Positions 1 through 9,344 of a stretch of DNA of 64,000 nt are shown here, one piece after another. The position numbers and the translations under genes were made by a program. Position 1 is the stretch's first letter. Every line of letters starts with the position of its first letter. The stretch is from assembly GCA_965223665.1 (NCBI GenBank), contig OZ245011.1:2816001-2880000 (forward strand), read 5' to 3'. The notes under the pieces were generated by a model. It was not told where the DNA came from. It made no database searches and saw nothing but the letters and a program-made list of their open reading frames with translations. This stretch comes from Nitrospinaceae bacterium. Lineage in GTDB: Bacteria > Nitrospinota > Nitrospinia > Nitrospinales > Nitrospinaceae.

Positions 1-296
1 AAAAAATGAACAAGCTCATATCCCTGTTTATCCTGGACCAATAATTCAGCTGGCTGGTAAAAATTCACTCCATAGGCAACCGCATATCCAAGAAAAAAAT
101 AAACAACTGTACAAATGGAAAAATCTACGATTATTTTGACTAATGCGTTCACTTGGTTTTTTCGCCGGACGGTTCCCACCTCTAAAAATGCAAAGCCTCC
201 GTGCATGGCAAAAACCATCACGGCACCAAGCATCATAAATAAAACATCACCACTATTTTCTAGCGCCTTGACGCTTTCCAAGATTCCGTTTTCCAT
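1..296 (-). CDS. amt: Ammonium transporter (Amt family), 5' part, truncated by window edge
   Basis: Not in the ORF track. Manual translation from ATG at 296 gives MENGILESVKALENSGDVLFMMLGAVMVFAMHGGFAFLEVGTVRRKNQVNALVKIIVDF..., containing the Amt motif M-x-x-GFAFLE-x-G-x-VR-x-KN-x-x-N. AAGGGG SD upstream. Confidence 0.92.
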   Translation of the reverse strand, partial: MENGILESVKALENSGDVLFMMLGAVMVFAMHGGFAFLEVGTVRRKNQVNALVKIIVDFSICTVVYFFLGYAVAYGVNFYQPAELLVQDKQGYELVHF

Positions 297-423
297 AATT
301 AACCCCTTATTTTGTTTCCCCTTTTTCCTCCATAAAAATAAGTCCAAGAGTATAATAGATTGATTATTGCGCACAAAGATATTTCTGTACGCGGATTCTT
401 CCATTTTTTCTTAACCAGCGCCT

Positions 424-2418
424 ATGTTTCAGATAATTCAGGATTTAGCCCTTCTTCTGCTGGTTTCCCTGCCTATAAATATTTTATTCCACCGAATCAA
501 ACTTCCTTCTGTAATGGGGTTTCTTATTGCCGGGATATTAATTGGACCCAATGGATTGCAATTAATTGGAGAACCCGAATCCGTAAATCAATTAGCTGAA
601 ATTGGTGTCATCTTACTTCTATTTATAATTGGCTTAGAGTTTTCTTTAAGCCACTTAATTAAAAATCTGGGGAAAATTTTAGGTGCAGGAAGTTTTCAAC
701 TCGGTCTGACGGCAACAGGATTTTATTTTTTGTTGAAACATTTTGGGCTGACAACCGAACAAAGTATAGTTTTGGGATTATTGATCGCTATTAGTAGTAC
801 AGCAATAGTCCTCAAAATGGTTACTGATCGCGCCGAAATCGATACAATTCACGGTCGAATTTGCATCGGTATCCTACTATTTCAAGATTTATGTGTTGTG
901 CCCATCATGCTCATCATTCCCTTATTAGGTCACAGCAGTGGTATGGGCATTGAGGATTTAACTATTGCTCTTTTAAAATCCTTCGCCGCCGTTGGAGCTA
1001 TATTTTTTCTTTCTCGATTACTCGTACCCCGAGCGTTGCAATTGATTGCTCAACTAGGGAGTAAAGAACACTTAACCCTCTTGGTCATTTTGATAATTTT
1101 GGGAACCGGCTGGGTTTCACAAAAAATGGGATTGAGTTTAGCTATGGGAGCTTTCATAGCAGGTATGATCATTTCGGAATCCGAATACAATCATCAAATC
1201 ATCCTCGATATCCTTCCACTCAAGGATTACTTCTCTAGCATATTTTTCATTTCCGTAGGGATGTTACTTCAGACGGATTATTTTTTAAATTCGTGGTCAA
1301 CTCATTTGGGTATGGCTATTACTGTCATTTTTATCAAAACGGTCTTAGCCTTCATTTCTGCACTTATTGTAAAAAATCCAGCAAGAATGTCTTTCGTTGT
1401 TGGATTGCGGTTAGCGCAAGTAGGAGAATTTTCCTTAATCCTTGCCAGTATGTCACTAAATCAAAACATACTGGATAATAGTCTTTATCAATCTTTCCTA
1501 ATTGTATCCATTCTATCAATGCTGGCAGCGCCTTTAATTATTCAAGGATCTGTAAAGTTATCCCTGTTGATTTATTCCACTCTTAGGTCTCCTGTTGAGT
1601 CTTCCCATTCAGCTACTTTAGAAAAATCTCTTTCTGGACATGTAATTATTATAGGTTATGGAGTGGTTGGAAGAAATCTAGCTAAAGTTTTAAAAGAAAT
1701 AAATATTCCCTATCTTATTATTGAACTAGATGGTGATTTGATCAAACAAGCTCTAACGGAAAAAGCTGAGATTATTTATGGAGACGCTACTCGGCGTGAA
1801 ACTCTTAATCGGGCAGGTATAAAGAAATCTAAATTATTGGCTGTTTCCATTCCCGATTTTCAAGCTACGGAACAAATTGTCCGACTGGCTCGGCAATTAA
1901 ACCCCGATGTATACATTTTGGCAAAAACTAGATTTGAATCACAAGTAGATTCTTTGCAAGACGCTGGGGCAAATCAAATCATTCCAGAGGAATTTGAAAC
2001 TTCTATCGAAATATTTTCGCGTGTCCTACGGGAATACCAGATTCCAAACAATGTCATTGAACAGCAAATTGAATTGGTACGTTTAGAGGGATATAGCATG
2101 TTTCGTGGATTCTCTCTCAATATTGAAAGCTTGAAAAAATTTTCCTCTTACTTGACAGCCTCCTTAAGTAAATCCTTCCAGGTTTTAGAAACTTCATGGT
2201 CGAACGGTAAAAGTTTAGGTGAATTACAATTGGACGAAAAAACAGGAGCAAAATTGATTGCCGTTGTTAGAGATGAACAAGTTCAGGCTAATCCTAATGA
2301 TCAGTTTGTTATAAAATTAAGAGATACCCTTATATTATTTGGTCGTCATGCTCAACTTGACAAAGCCCTTACCTATTTAGAAACAGGGCCACAACCACCA
2401 AAAAAAGATCCCAAATAA
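424..2418 (+). CDS. CPA2/Kef-type cation:proton antiporter with TrkA-N (KTN) and TrkA-C domains
   Basis: Multi-TM N-terminus with LLFQD and AQVGEFS; GYGVVG Rossmann motif; YGDAT; C-terminal TrkA-C (AVVRD...ANP). Confidence 0.92.
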   Translation: MFQIIQDLALLLLVSLPINILFHRIKLPSVMGFLIAGILIGPNGLQLIGEPESVNQLAEIGVILLLFIIGLEFSLSHLIKNLGKILGAGSFQLGLTATGFYFLLKHFGLTTEQSIVLGLLIAISSTAIVLKMVTDRAEIDTIHGRICIGILLFQDLCVVPIMLIIPLLGHSSGMGIEDLTIALLKSFAAVGAIFFLSRLLVPRALQLIAQLGSKEHLTLLVILIILGTGWVSQKMGLSLAMGAFIAGMIISESEYNHQIILDILPLKDYFSSIFFISVGMLLQTDYFLNSWSTHLGMAITVIFIKTVLAFISALIVKNPARMSFVVGLRLAQVGEFSLILASMSLNQNILDNSLYQSFLIVSILSMLAAPLIIQGSVKLSLLIYSTLRSPVESSHSATLEKSLSGHVIIIGYGVVGRNLAKVLKEINIPYLIIELDGDLIKQALTEKAEIIYGDATRRETLNRAGIKKSKLLAVSIPDFQATEQIVRLARQLNPDVYILAKTRFESQVDSLQDAGANQIIPEEFETSIEIFSRVLREYQIPNNVIEQQIELVRLEGYSMFRGFSLNIESLKKFSSYLTASLSKSFQVLETSWSNGKSLGELQLDEKTGAKLIAVVRDEQVQANPNDQFVIKLRDTLILFGRHAQLDKALTYLETGPQPPKKDPK

Positions 2419-2447
2419 GGTTTGTTTGGGGAGAAAGAGATTTTATT

Positions 2448-2912
2448 ATGAAGATATTCAATTCAAAAAATTTAAAATGTTATGGATTACTGATATTGAT
2501 TTTTTCTCTAACCACTTCATGTAGTGGCACTCGGCCCAATAATTTAGGGGTAACTTCAGGCAAACTTCAAGGATGCCCTGACTCTCCAAACTGCGTTTCC
2601 AGTTTTGCAAATGATGAAAAACACAAAATCACACCTTACTCTTTTAATATTTCTGCAGAAACTATATTTACCAAACTCAAAGATATATTAAATAAAGATA
2701 GAAAGGCAAAAATCATTACTGAGGAAACAAACTATATTTATGCCGAGTTTACAAGTAGTGTATTTCAGTTTGTAGATGACGTGGAATTTTTAATAGACCC
2801 TAAAGAAAATAAACTATACTTCAGGTCTGCTTCTAGAGTTGGTTACAGCGACTTGGGAGTGAACCGTGATCGGATTCAAGCTATCCGCACTCTTCTTGAA
2901 AAATCCTCATGA
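2448..2912 (+). CDS. DUF1499 family lipoprotein
   Basis: Lipobox-like TTSC; CPDSPNCVSS, FVDDVEF, RSASRVGYSDLGVNRDR motifs. Confidence 0.88.
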   Translation: MKIFNSKNLKCYGLLILIFSLTTSCSGTRPNNLGVTSGKLQGCPDSPNCVSSFANDEKHKITPYSFNISAETIFTKLKDILNKDRKAKIITEETNYIYAEFTSSVFQFVDDVEFLIDPKENKLYFRSASRVGYSDLGVNRDRIQAIRTLLEKSS

Positions 2913-2944
2913 AAAAATTTATAAGGAAATAATTTATTAGTATT

Positions 2945-3811
2945 CTATTCAAATAATTCCTGAAAAAATGAAGGCCTATCTTTAGCACATCGGAAGCCCA
3001 GATCAATAGTACGGCGAAGTGGATTTAATTTTTCACGAAATGAGATGCGGGATTTAAGAGCAATTACTTTTCTATATTCTTTTTTTGGAAAATGACCCAC
3101 ACCTAAAAACGATAATCCTCTGACAACTATTTTTTTCTTATCGTATTCATCTGTTTTATAAGTATTCCCGGGATAAGGTTTATAATAATCCCAAACCCAT
3201 TCCCATACATTGCCAACCATGTCTTCTACTCCATAGGGGCTGGCTCCTCCAGGAAAACTACCCACTGGCATGAGACCTCGTCCCAGTTTAGGACCTGGTT
3301 TAGGACTCACATTGGCTTTCTTAACATCAAACTGGTTACCCCATGGATATTGCTGATCGTCCGGTCCACGAGCCGCTTTTTCCCATTCCATTTCAGAGGG
3401 CAACCGTTTTCCAGCCCATTCTGCATAGGCAGTGGCATCAAAAAAACTGACATTGGTAACGGGTAAATGATCCCAACCTTTTGGATATTTTGGCCCACCC
3501 CAAGTCGAGGGAGGTTTATGATCGGTGGCTTGACAAAAAATATAGTATTGCTGATTCGTGACTTCGTACTTATCAATATAAAAATCCGGAATGGAAATTC
3601 TCCTCTGAGGAGATTCATCAGCATACCATGGTTTATCTAATCCTAATTTAAGAGCATGACCTTCTTCATCCTCTAAATCTGTACCCATATTGAAATAACC
3701 TGAAGGAATCAGAACCATTCCGGGAGGTGGATCATCAAAGGAACAACCTAACATTTGAAACAAAATTATTAATACCAAAGCTTTTTTTATTATTAGCTTT
3801 ATGTACTGCAT
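2945..3811 (-). CDS. FGE-sulfatase (SUMF1-like) domain lipoprotein
   Basis: MLGC lipobox; IDKYEVTN, RLPSEMEWEKAARG, DMVGNVWEWV, GFRC. Start placed at the ATG of MQYIK (ORF track starts at 3877). Confidence 0.88.
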   Translation of the reverse strand: MQYIKLIIKKALVLIILFQMLGCSFDDPPPGMVLIPSGYFNMGTDLEDEEGHALKLGLDKPWYADESPQRRISIPDFYIDKYEVTNQQYYIFCQATDHKPPSTWGGPKYPKGWDHLPVTNVSFFDATAYAEWAGKRLPSEMEWEKAARGPDDQQYPWGNQFDVKKANVSPKPGPKLGRGLMPVGSFPGGASPYGVEDMVGNVWEWVWDYYKPYPGNTYKTDEYDKKKIVVRGLSFLGVGHFPKKEYRKVIALKSRISFREKLNPLRRTIDLGFRCAKDRPSFFQELFE

Positions 3812-3893
3812 TCTGATAAAAATAAAAAAATCTCCTGATATAAACGAGTTTAGACTTTTGAGTTTACTATAGTTCACTTTGAATTAGTGGAAA

Positions 3894-4898
3894 TTGATGG
3901 ATGAATCCTTACAATCTTTAGCAATTTGGCCAGTTCAATTGGTTTCTCTAGATCAAATTGAACCAAACCCCCTAACCCAATTTTCTCTATCTCCGGTTTC
4001 CAAAAAATTAGAACAATCCATTTTGAATATTGGAATCACTCATCCCATCGTACTTTCTCCAATAGCAACAAATAAACAATATCGATTAATATGTGGGCAC
4101 CGTCGGATTGAAATTTTGCGAAACCTGCATTTACCAAGCTGTCCATCCCGAATATCACCTCAACCTATTGATGATTTATCCCAATTAGAACTCAACCTTG
4201 TCGAAAATCTAGACCACCGATGTTATAGCGATATTGAAAAAGGATTAATTTTAGTTAAGTGTTCAAGGGCTGGAGCCAATGAGGACCAACTCATTGATAA
4301 ATTCTTGCCCCTGGTTGGATTAGAGCGTAGTAAAAAAATAGCAAATGATTTTCTTAAGATTGATTTAATTCCCTCATCTTTTAGAAATTTATTACATGAG
4401 CTAAATTATCCACTACGGGCTTTTTCTACACTTTTCAAATGGAGTGAAAAAAGCCAGCAAACCATTGAATATCTCTTCTCCCTCCTTCGCCCAGGAGTTA
4501 ATAAAGGTCGGGAGCTTTTAGAAATGATAGATGAAATTTGCGTCCGTGATGATTCCACTCCAGATAAGTTTGTTATGAAAAGTGAAATCCAATCCTCACT
4601 AAAAGATATCAACCTAAAGGAACACGAAAAATATAATTCCATTCACAGCAAAATTAAACAATGGAGATATCCAACTCTTACCGATTTGCAACACCAGGTT
4701 TGGAAAGCAATCGATGAATTAAAACTGGACGATTCCGTTAAATTGCGATTTCCTGAAAACTTTGAAAGCAATCGATTAAAAATTGAAATTAAATTTTCTA
4801 CACCTCAAGAATTACTCAAATATGCTGAACAACTTTTCCGGGCCTCTGATTCTAAAGCATTAGAAAATCTCATTAAAATATTTAAAAATTTGAAATAG
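3894..4898 (+). CDS. ParB/Srx N-terminal domain protein
   Basis: LEQSILNIGITHPIVL...YRLICGHRR (GxxR patch), ENL, then a helical C-terminal region. Confidence 0.75.
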   Translation: MMDESLQSLAIWPVQLVSLDQIEPNPLTQFSLSPVSKKLEQSILNIGITHPIVLSPIATNKQYRLICGHRRIEILRNLHLPSCPSRISPQPIDDLSQLELNLVENLDHRCYSDIEKGLILVKCSRAGANEDQLIDKFLPLVGLERSKKIANDFLKIDLIPSSFRNLLHELNYPLRAFSTLFKWSEKSQQTIEYLFSLLRPGVNKGRELLEMIDEICVRDDSTPDKFVMKSEIQSSLKDINLKEHEKYNSIHSKIKQWRYPTLTDLQHQVWKAIDELKLDDSVKLRFPENFESNRLKIEIKFSTPQELLKYAEQLFRASDSKALENLIKIFKNLK

Positions 4899-4908
4899 AA
4901 TTTGTTGC

Positions 4909-4941
4909 CAAATTGACCTCAATTTGCGCTATTCTTAAATT
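4909..4941 (+). promoter_or_regulatory. Putative sigma-70 promoter (TTGACC-N17-TAAATT) overlapped by the palindrome CAAATTGA-CC-TCAATTTG
   Basis: -35 at 4913-4918, -10 at 4936-4941; perfect 8-bp inverted repeat at 4909-4926. Confidence 0.5.
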
Positions 4942-5002
4942 ATAGATATCAATTGGACTTACTAGAATCCTACTATTTGAAATTGAATTTTGGGAAGTAT
5001 CC

Positions 5003-6637
5003 ATGACCACGATGAATAAACATCGCCTACCATTTGCAATTCAAGATTTGATTCGGAGTCTTGAATCCGAAAGTGATTTAAATCCAAGAAAAGCAAGACA
5101 ATTATTAATTAAAGCCGAATTAAAAGAAGAAGATTTAATGCACTGGGCAGATTTTGAACATCCAGTCCAGGACAGTTATGGCCGAAAGATGGTATACGAT
5201 GGCGGCTTTTTTGAAATGATGGTCATGTCCTGGTCTCCTGGAGACTGTTCAGCAATTCATGATCATGGTTACACTCAATGGGGTGCCGTACAAGTTTTTG
5301 GTCCTGCAGAACATTCTACCTATTTAGTACAAGATGGTGAGATCAAAACTCTTTCACGGGTAGAAGTAATACCCGGTGAAGTTTTAGCTGTGGGAAATCA
5401 GTTGGTGCATCAAATGGGAAACCCATCTAATACAAATTTTCTTACCTTCCATTTATATGGGTGTGAGGGTCGACAAGGAGGAATTACCTCAGACGCTCGT
5501 CTATATGATTTGGAAGAAAATCAAATTCAAAGAACAGATGGGGGTGTATTTTTTGGATTGCCAGAAAATCAAATTAAAATTCGAGAACCGGGACCACTTC
5601 CTGATTATTTAAGTTGGCTACGCAATACTATAGAACTCAAAAAACGTATTGATCGCATTCGAAGAAGTGCTCCATTAAGGCCCGATTTAGAGGAAAGGGA
5701 TAAAGCAATCATAGAAAAACTTAATGATTCCAATCAATGGGAACGCTTTGAATCCGATTTATTTCCTCATGTCGATCCAAATACTGGGCACATGCGGGAT
5801 CTTGGATACTGGAAACTCTTGCGTTTAGAATTGATTGCAGCAGCAAAAGTTGAAAAATCTTTTGTATTCTCCGGCGACGAAGGAGATCCTTTCTTTACTT
5901 ATGCAGAATTGTATGATGATGTTATTGGTCAACCCTGTTTAGATGAATTTATCGCGGGATATCTTAATTTTGTTGTAGACCAATATAAATTGGATATTAA
6001 AAAATCCAAATTTTTATCCATAGGATGTGGAACAGGATTAATTGAAAAATATTTAGTCGATCAGATGGGTTTACAGAGTGACAGACTTCTTGGTATTGAT
6101 AAATCAGAAGCCATGGTTCAGGTAGCTATGCGCCGTATCCCTGCCAAAACAGGAGATGTTCTTTCTCTAACTGGACAATCTTGGGACCTCACCTTCTGTG
6201 GTCTCAATGTGTTTCAATATCTCACACCTGATCAATTAGAAAATGCCATTCAGGTAACCGCACAAATAACAAATTCTGGAGGCCTGTTTTTTGGTGATTT
6301 TATAACTCCAGATCATATTAGAATTTATCCACACGTAATAAAATCCAAAAGTGGGAACATTATTTCATTGCGAAATCCTGTTTTAATCGAACAGGAAAAT
6401 TTTACCTTTCAACAAAGCGAAATATTAAATGTAAGCCGGGCAAATGATAAAATCCTCATTACCAACGAAGGAAAACATTTGCGATTTTTACCTCCAATGT
6501 GGCGACTTCGTCAAAAATTTGAGCACGCTTTTAAAGGTCGGGTTGACTTGTATGATGCTGTGACTTTAAAACCTATCGGCGATCAAGCGGATACTTGCCC
6601 CTCCACGCGTTACTTATTAGTTGCCCAGAAAAATTAA
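5003..6637 (+). CDS. Cysteine dioxygenase-like cupin fused to a class I SAM-dependent methyltransferase
   Basis: N-terminus: YGR...MVMSWSPG-x-x-SAIHDH...VHQMGN...TFHLY (CDO 3-His site and S/T-H-Y motif). C-terminus: YAELYD, LSIGCGTG, GIDKSEAMV, GGLFFGD. Confidence 0.85.
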   Translation: MTTMNKHRLPFAIQDLIRSLESESDLNPRKARQLLIKAELKEEDLMHWADFEHPVQDSYGRKMVYDGGFFEMMVMSWSPGDCSAIHDHGYTQWGAVQVFGPAEHSTYLVQDGEIKTLSRVEVIPGEVLAVGNQLVHQMGNPSNTNFLTFHLYGCEGRQGGITSDARLYDLEENQIQRTDGGVFFGLPENQIKIREPGPLPDYLSWLRNTIELKKRIDRIRRSAPLRPDLEERDKAIIEKLNDSNQWERFESDLFPHVDPNTGHMRDLGYWKLLRLELIAAAKVEKSFVFSGDEGDPFFTYAELYDDVIGQPCLDEFIAGYLNFVVDQYKLDIKKSKFLSIGCGTGLIEKYLVDQMGLQSDRLLGIDKSEAMVQVAMRRIPAKTGDVLSLTGQSWDLTFCGLNVFQYLTPDQLENAIQVTAQITNSGGLFFGDFITPDHIRIYPHVIKSKSGNIISLRNPVLIEQENFTFQQSEILNVSRANDKILITNEGKHLRFLPPMWRLRQKFEHAFKGRVDLYDAVTLKPIGDQADTCPSTRYLLVAQKN

Positions 6638-6666
6638 CTAAATTCTCATTCCAATTATTAATAATA

Positions 6667-9336
6667 ATGACCGATCATTTGATCAGTTTAAAAAGAACCC
6701 CTGATGCCATCGTCGCCATTGTTAGTCATTGCGTTCATGACTATTGGGAAGTCCTTTATGAGGATAACTTAGTCAATTTTTTAGAACTTTATGAGTTTCG
6801 TGAACAAGCTCTGAAGGAACTTAGTCCAAGTCTATATAAGAAAAAAAAACGACTTTTGGTTTCCTGGAAGTATCTATCTTCTGTCGAGAAATGGGACGCG
6901 GAACTTTTATTTCATGTTTTGGTTGTAATTTTGGAAACCATACCAGTATTGAAATCCAAGAATCGTCCTCTACCCATATTGGAAATAGAAACTCAAGTTT
7001 CGGTTCCTCAAAAAACGGCTGCGCATCCAAGAGGATTTTTAGGAAAAAAAGGAAAAACCCAAAAACCTTCACGCCCTTCCCGGATTAACTTACAACCTTA
7101 CCTGAACGATCCTAAAAATATTCCTGTAGTTCTAAATAAACTCAAAATTTTTAGAAAACAAACAATAAAAAAATTAAAAGTGAAGGGATATGAAATTCCT
7201 TCAAGTTTGTTTGATATGATCTTTGAAACCCCTTACGGCCCCTATTTTTTATTTCATTACAGCGAGGCTCCAAAAAAAATAAATACACAAATTCCAAATT
7301 TATTTAATGAATTAGTATTGCCTTCCTTAAAAACTCTATCCTGGAAAAAGATCCGTAAATTTCTCGCTATTTTTTATCAATTGAATCTTGAATCTGATGC
7401 CACATTAATAAGCGCTTATGGACGCTTTTTGAAATTGTGTCCCCAAACCACTGTATTAATTTGGAATGAAATTTTATTAGAGCTACCCATAGGAAAACGA
7501 TTTTCATTTCTTGTGACTTTAATCGAAACTGAATCCTGGAATATTTTAGAAACATATACCCCTAAAATCATTCTACAACTTTGCGAAAAAATTCCTTACG
7601 TATGCTTAGAAAACCGTTTGAAGGATATGTTTCAAGCACTCCAGGGTAAAGTTGATGCTGAATACCTTTTGGCGGGTTTTTCCTTATCAAACAAATACAA
7701 TGTTCATTACAGTTTTCATAATTTGGGTAACTTCGTACCCTTCTTTAAAAAAAAGTTTTATCGATCTATGAGTTCTGAAAAAGTATTAAAACATTTAACT
7801 CCATGGCAAATAATGATGATTTGGAAAAGGTTCTCTCAACTTCCAAATTTAGATAAATTTTTAGTTCAAATACCGATCAATCTTTTAAACAAAGAAACCC
7901 TTGAGGAATTTTTTGATTTATATTTGAACTGGGACAATAATAAAAATAAATTTACCGGCAACGAAATGGAAAAATGGAATTTTCTTCTTCATCAAACAAA
8001 AAATATCGTAAATAGACTTCAGTCACTAGATCCTATTTATCATAAAAAATATTTAATTACTCTGACCATTTTTATAAATTATTACTGGTTTACGATTAGA
8101 GAATTAAAACGCTACCTTCCCCGTTTAAATCTACTGTTCGTTCGAATTTGCGCAAGACCTCAAACTAAGTATTTTGTTGTAGCAAATATTTACTGCGACT
8201 TTATCGAATATACATCTGATAAATCTTTTAAAAAATTATTGGAATGCCCAGATTCAAGCTATTCAAGTCTAGAAAAAACTTGCAGTAATCGAAACCGATA
8301 TACTCTAATACAGCGGGCCATACAGAACCTAATAAAAACATTGCCAGATTTTACTGTTGATTGTTTTGTGAAATTTCCCAATAAATTAATTAAGACCTTA
8401 ACAAAATTGGGAACGTTAAGGATTGCAAATCGAAAAAAACTTTTGCATAGCCTAAAAAATCATCAATTATTCAAACTTCAGGTAGAGAGAATATCTTGTG
8501 ACAATTTATATAAAGTTGTTACAAAATATAGAACAGAAAAAATGTTTCAACCCACTCCAAAAAAACTTAAATTATTTTTTCAAGGAGAACTAGATTTAAG
8601 TCCAAAGCGCCTGCAAGCCTATACCGCAAAATTTAAATATAATTATGAGTCGTTTTTATTAGACTTTCTAAATGAAAAAATTAACTTAGCACTGAGCAAG
8701 GATTTCATAATTTCTTCAAAACAAAATACTAAGGAACACACGCTCCAATTCTTGAGCCTGGTGAAAAAAAATCGACGTCCCTTAAAAAATTATTTGAAAG
8801 CCTTTTTTAGCGGAAATGAAAAATATATAGACACCCATCCTTTAACTCAAAAGTGGATGCAAAGGAATTCAAAGCTAGCTTGGGAACTATGGAAACGAGG
8901 GATTCTTTTTTGCCGTCAATCAACTAAATGGGGGCCGGTCAATATCCAAATAGAAAGAGACCCGGAAGAAATTTTAAAAATGGGAACCTATGTGGGAACC
9001 TGCCTCAGTCTGGGAGGAGATTACATGTATTCTGCAATTGCTGCCCTTCTTGATATAAATAAACAGGTTCTGTATGCAAGGGATGCCAATCAAAAAGTAC
9101 TAGGTCGTCAATTGGTAGCTATTTCTAAAAATAAAGAGTTAGTTTGTTTTACTGTGTACCCGGAAAATTCCAGTCCGGAAATAAAAAATATGTTTTTAGA
9201 ATATGACTTATATTTTTCTGAAGCTTTAGGTATTCCACTTTATGAAAATTCTGATGAGGATGGATATGAAATCGAATTGATTTTGGCCAATGATTGGTGG
9301 GACGATTGGATTTGGGAAAAGGTAGCTTATTTTTAA
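6667..9336 (+). CDS. Large hypothetical protein (about 890 aa) with a conserved-looking C-terminal domain
   Basis: Long ORF. Start moved to ATG 6667 to avoid overlap with the upstream gene. C-terminal DPEEILKMGTYVGTCLSLGG...DINKQVLYARD...LGRQL. Confidence 0.75.
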   Translation: MTDHLISLKRTPDAIVAIVSHCVHDYWEVLYEDNLVNFLELYEFREQALKELSPSLYKKKKRLLVSWKYLSSVEKWDAELLFHVLVVILETIPVLKSKNRPLPILEIETQVSVPQKTAAHPRGFLGKKGKTQKPSRPSRINLQPYLNDPKNIPVVLNKLKIFRKQTIKKLKVKGYEIPSSLFDMIFETPYGPYFLFHYSEAPKKINTQIPNLFNELVLPSLKTLSWKKIRKFLAIFYQLNLESDATLISAYGRFLKLCPQTTVLIWNEILLELPIGKRFSFLVTLIETESWNILETYTPKIILQLCEKIPYVCLENRLKDMFQALQGKVDAEYLLAGFSLSNKYNVHYSFHNLGNFVPFFKKKFYRSMSSEKVLKHLTPWQIMMIWKRFSQLPNLDKFLVQIPINLLNKETLEEFFDLYLNWDNNKNKFTGNEMEKWNFLLHQTKNIVNRLQSLDPIYHKKYLITLTIFINYYWFTIRELKRYLPRLNLLFVRICARPQTKYFVVANIYCDFIEYTSDKSFKKLLECPDSSYSSLEKTCSNRNRYTLIQRAIQNLIKTLPDFTVDCFVKFPNKLIKTLTKLGTLRIANRKKLLHSLKNHQLFKLQVERISCDNLYKVVTKYRTEKMFQPTPKKLKLFFQGELDLSPKRLQAYTAKFKYNYESFLLDFLNEKINLALSKDFIISSKQNTKEHTLQFLSLVKKNRRPLKNYLKAFFSGNEKYIDTHPLTQKWMQRNSKLAWELWKRGILFCRQSTKWGPVNIQIERDPEEILKMGTYVGTCLSLGGDYMYSAIAALLDINKQVLYARDANQKVLGRQLVAISKNKELVCFTVYPENSSPEIKNMFLEYDLYFSEALGIPLYENSDEDGYEIELILANDWWDDWIWEKVAYF

Positions 9337-9344
9337 ATTATTAT

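Noticed and set aside
115-599. Plus-strand ORFs 115-363 and 360-599
   Set aside because: Shadows of amt (minus strand) and of the antiporter reading frame.
3894-4898. Plasmid or prophage partition locus
   Set aside because: No parA, rep, integrase or parS-like repeats nearby.
2945-6637. Ergothioneine/ovothiol pathway (FGE domain near a methyltransferase and a thiol enzyme)
   Set aside because: The FGE protein is an exported lipoprotein with no DinB domain or HxxxH iron motif, so it is not EgtB/OvoA. The methyltransferase does not look like EgtD.
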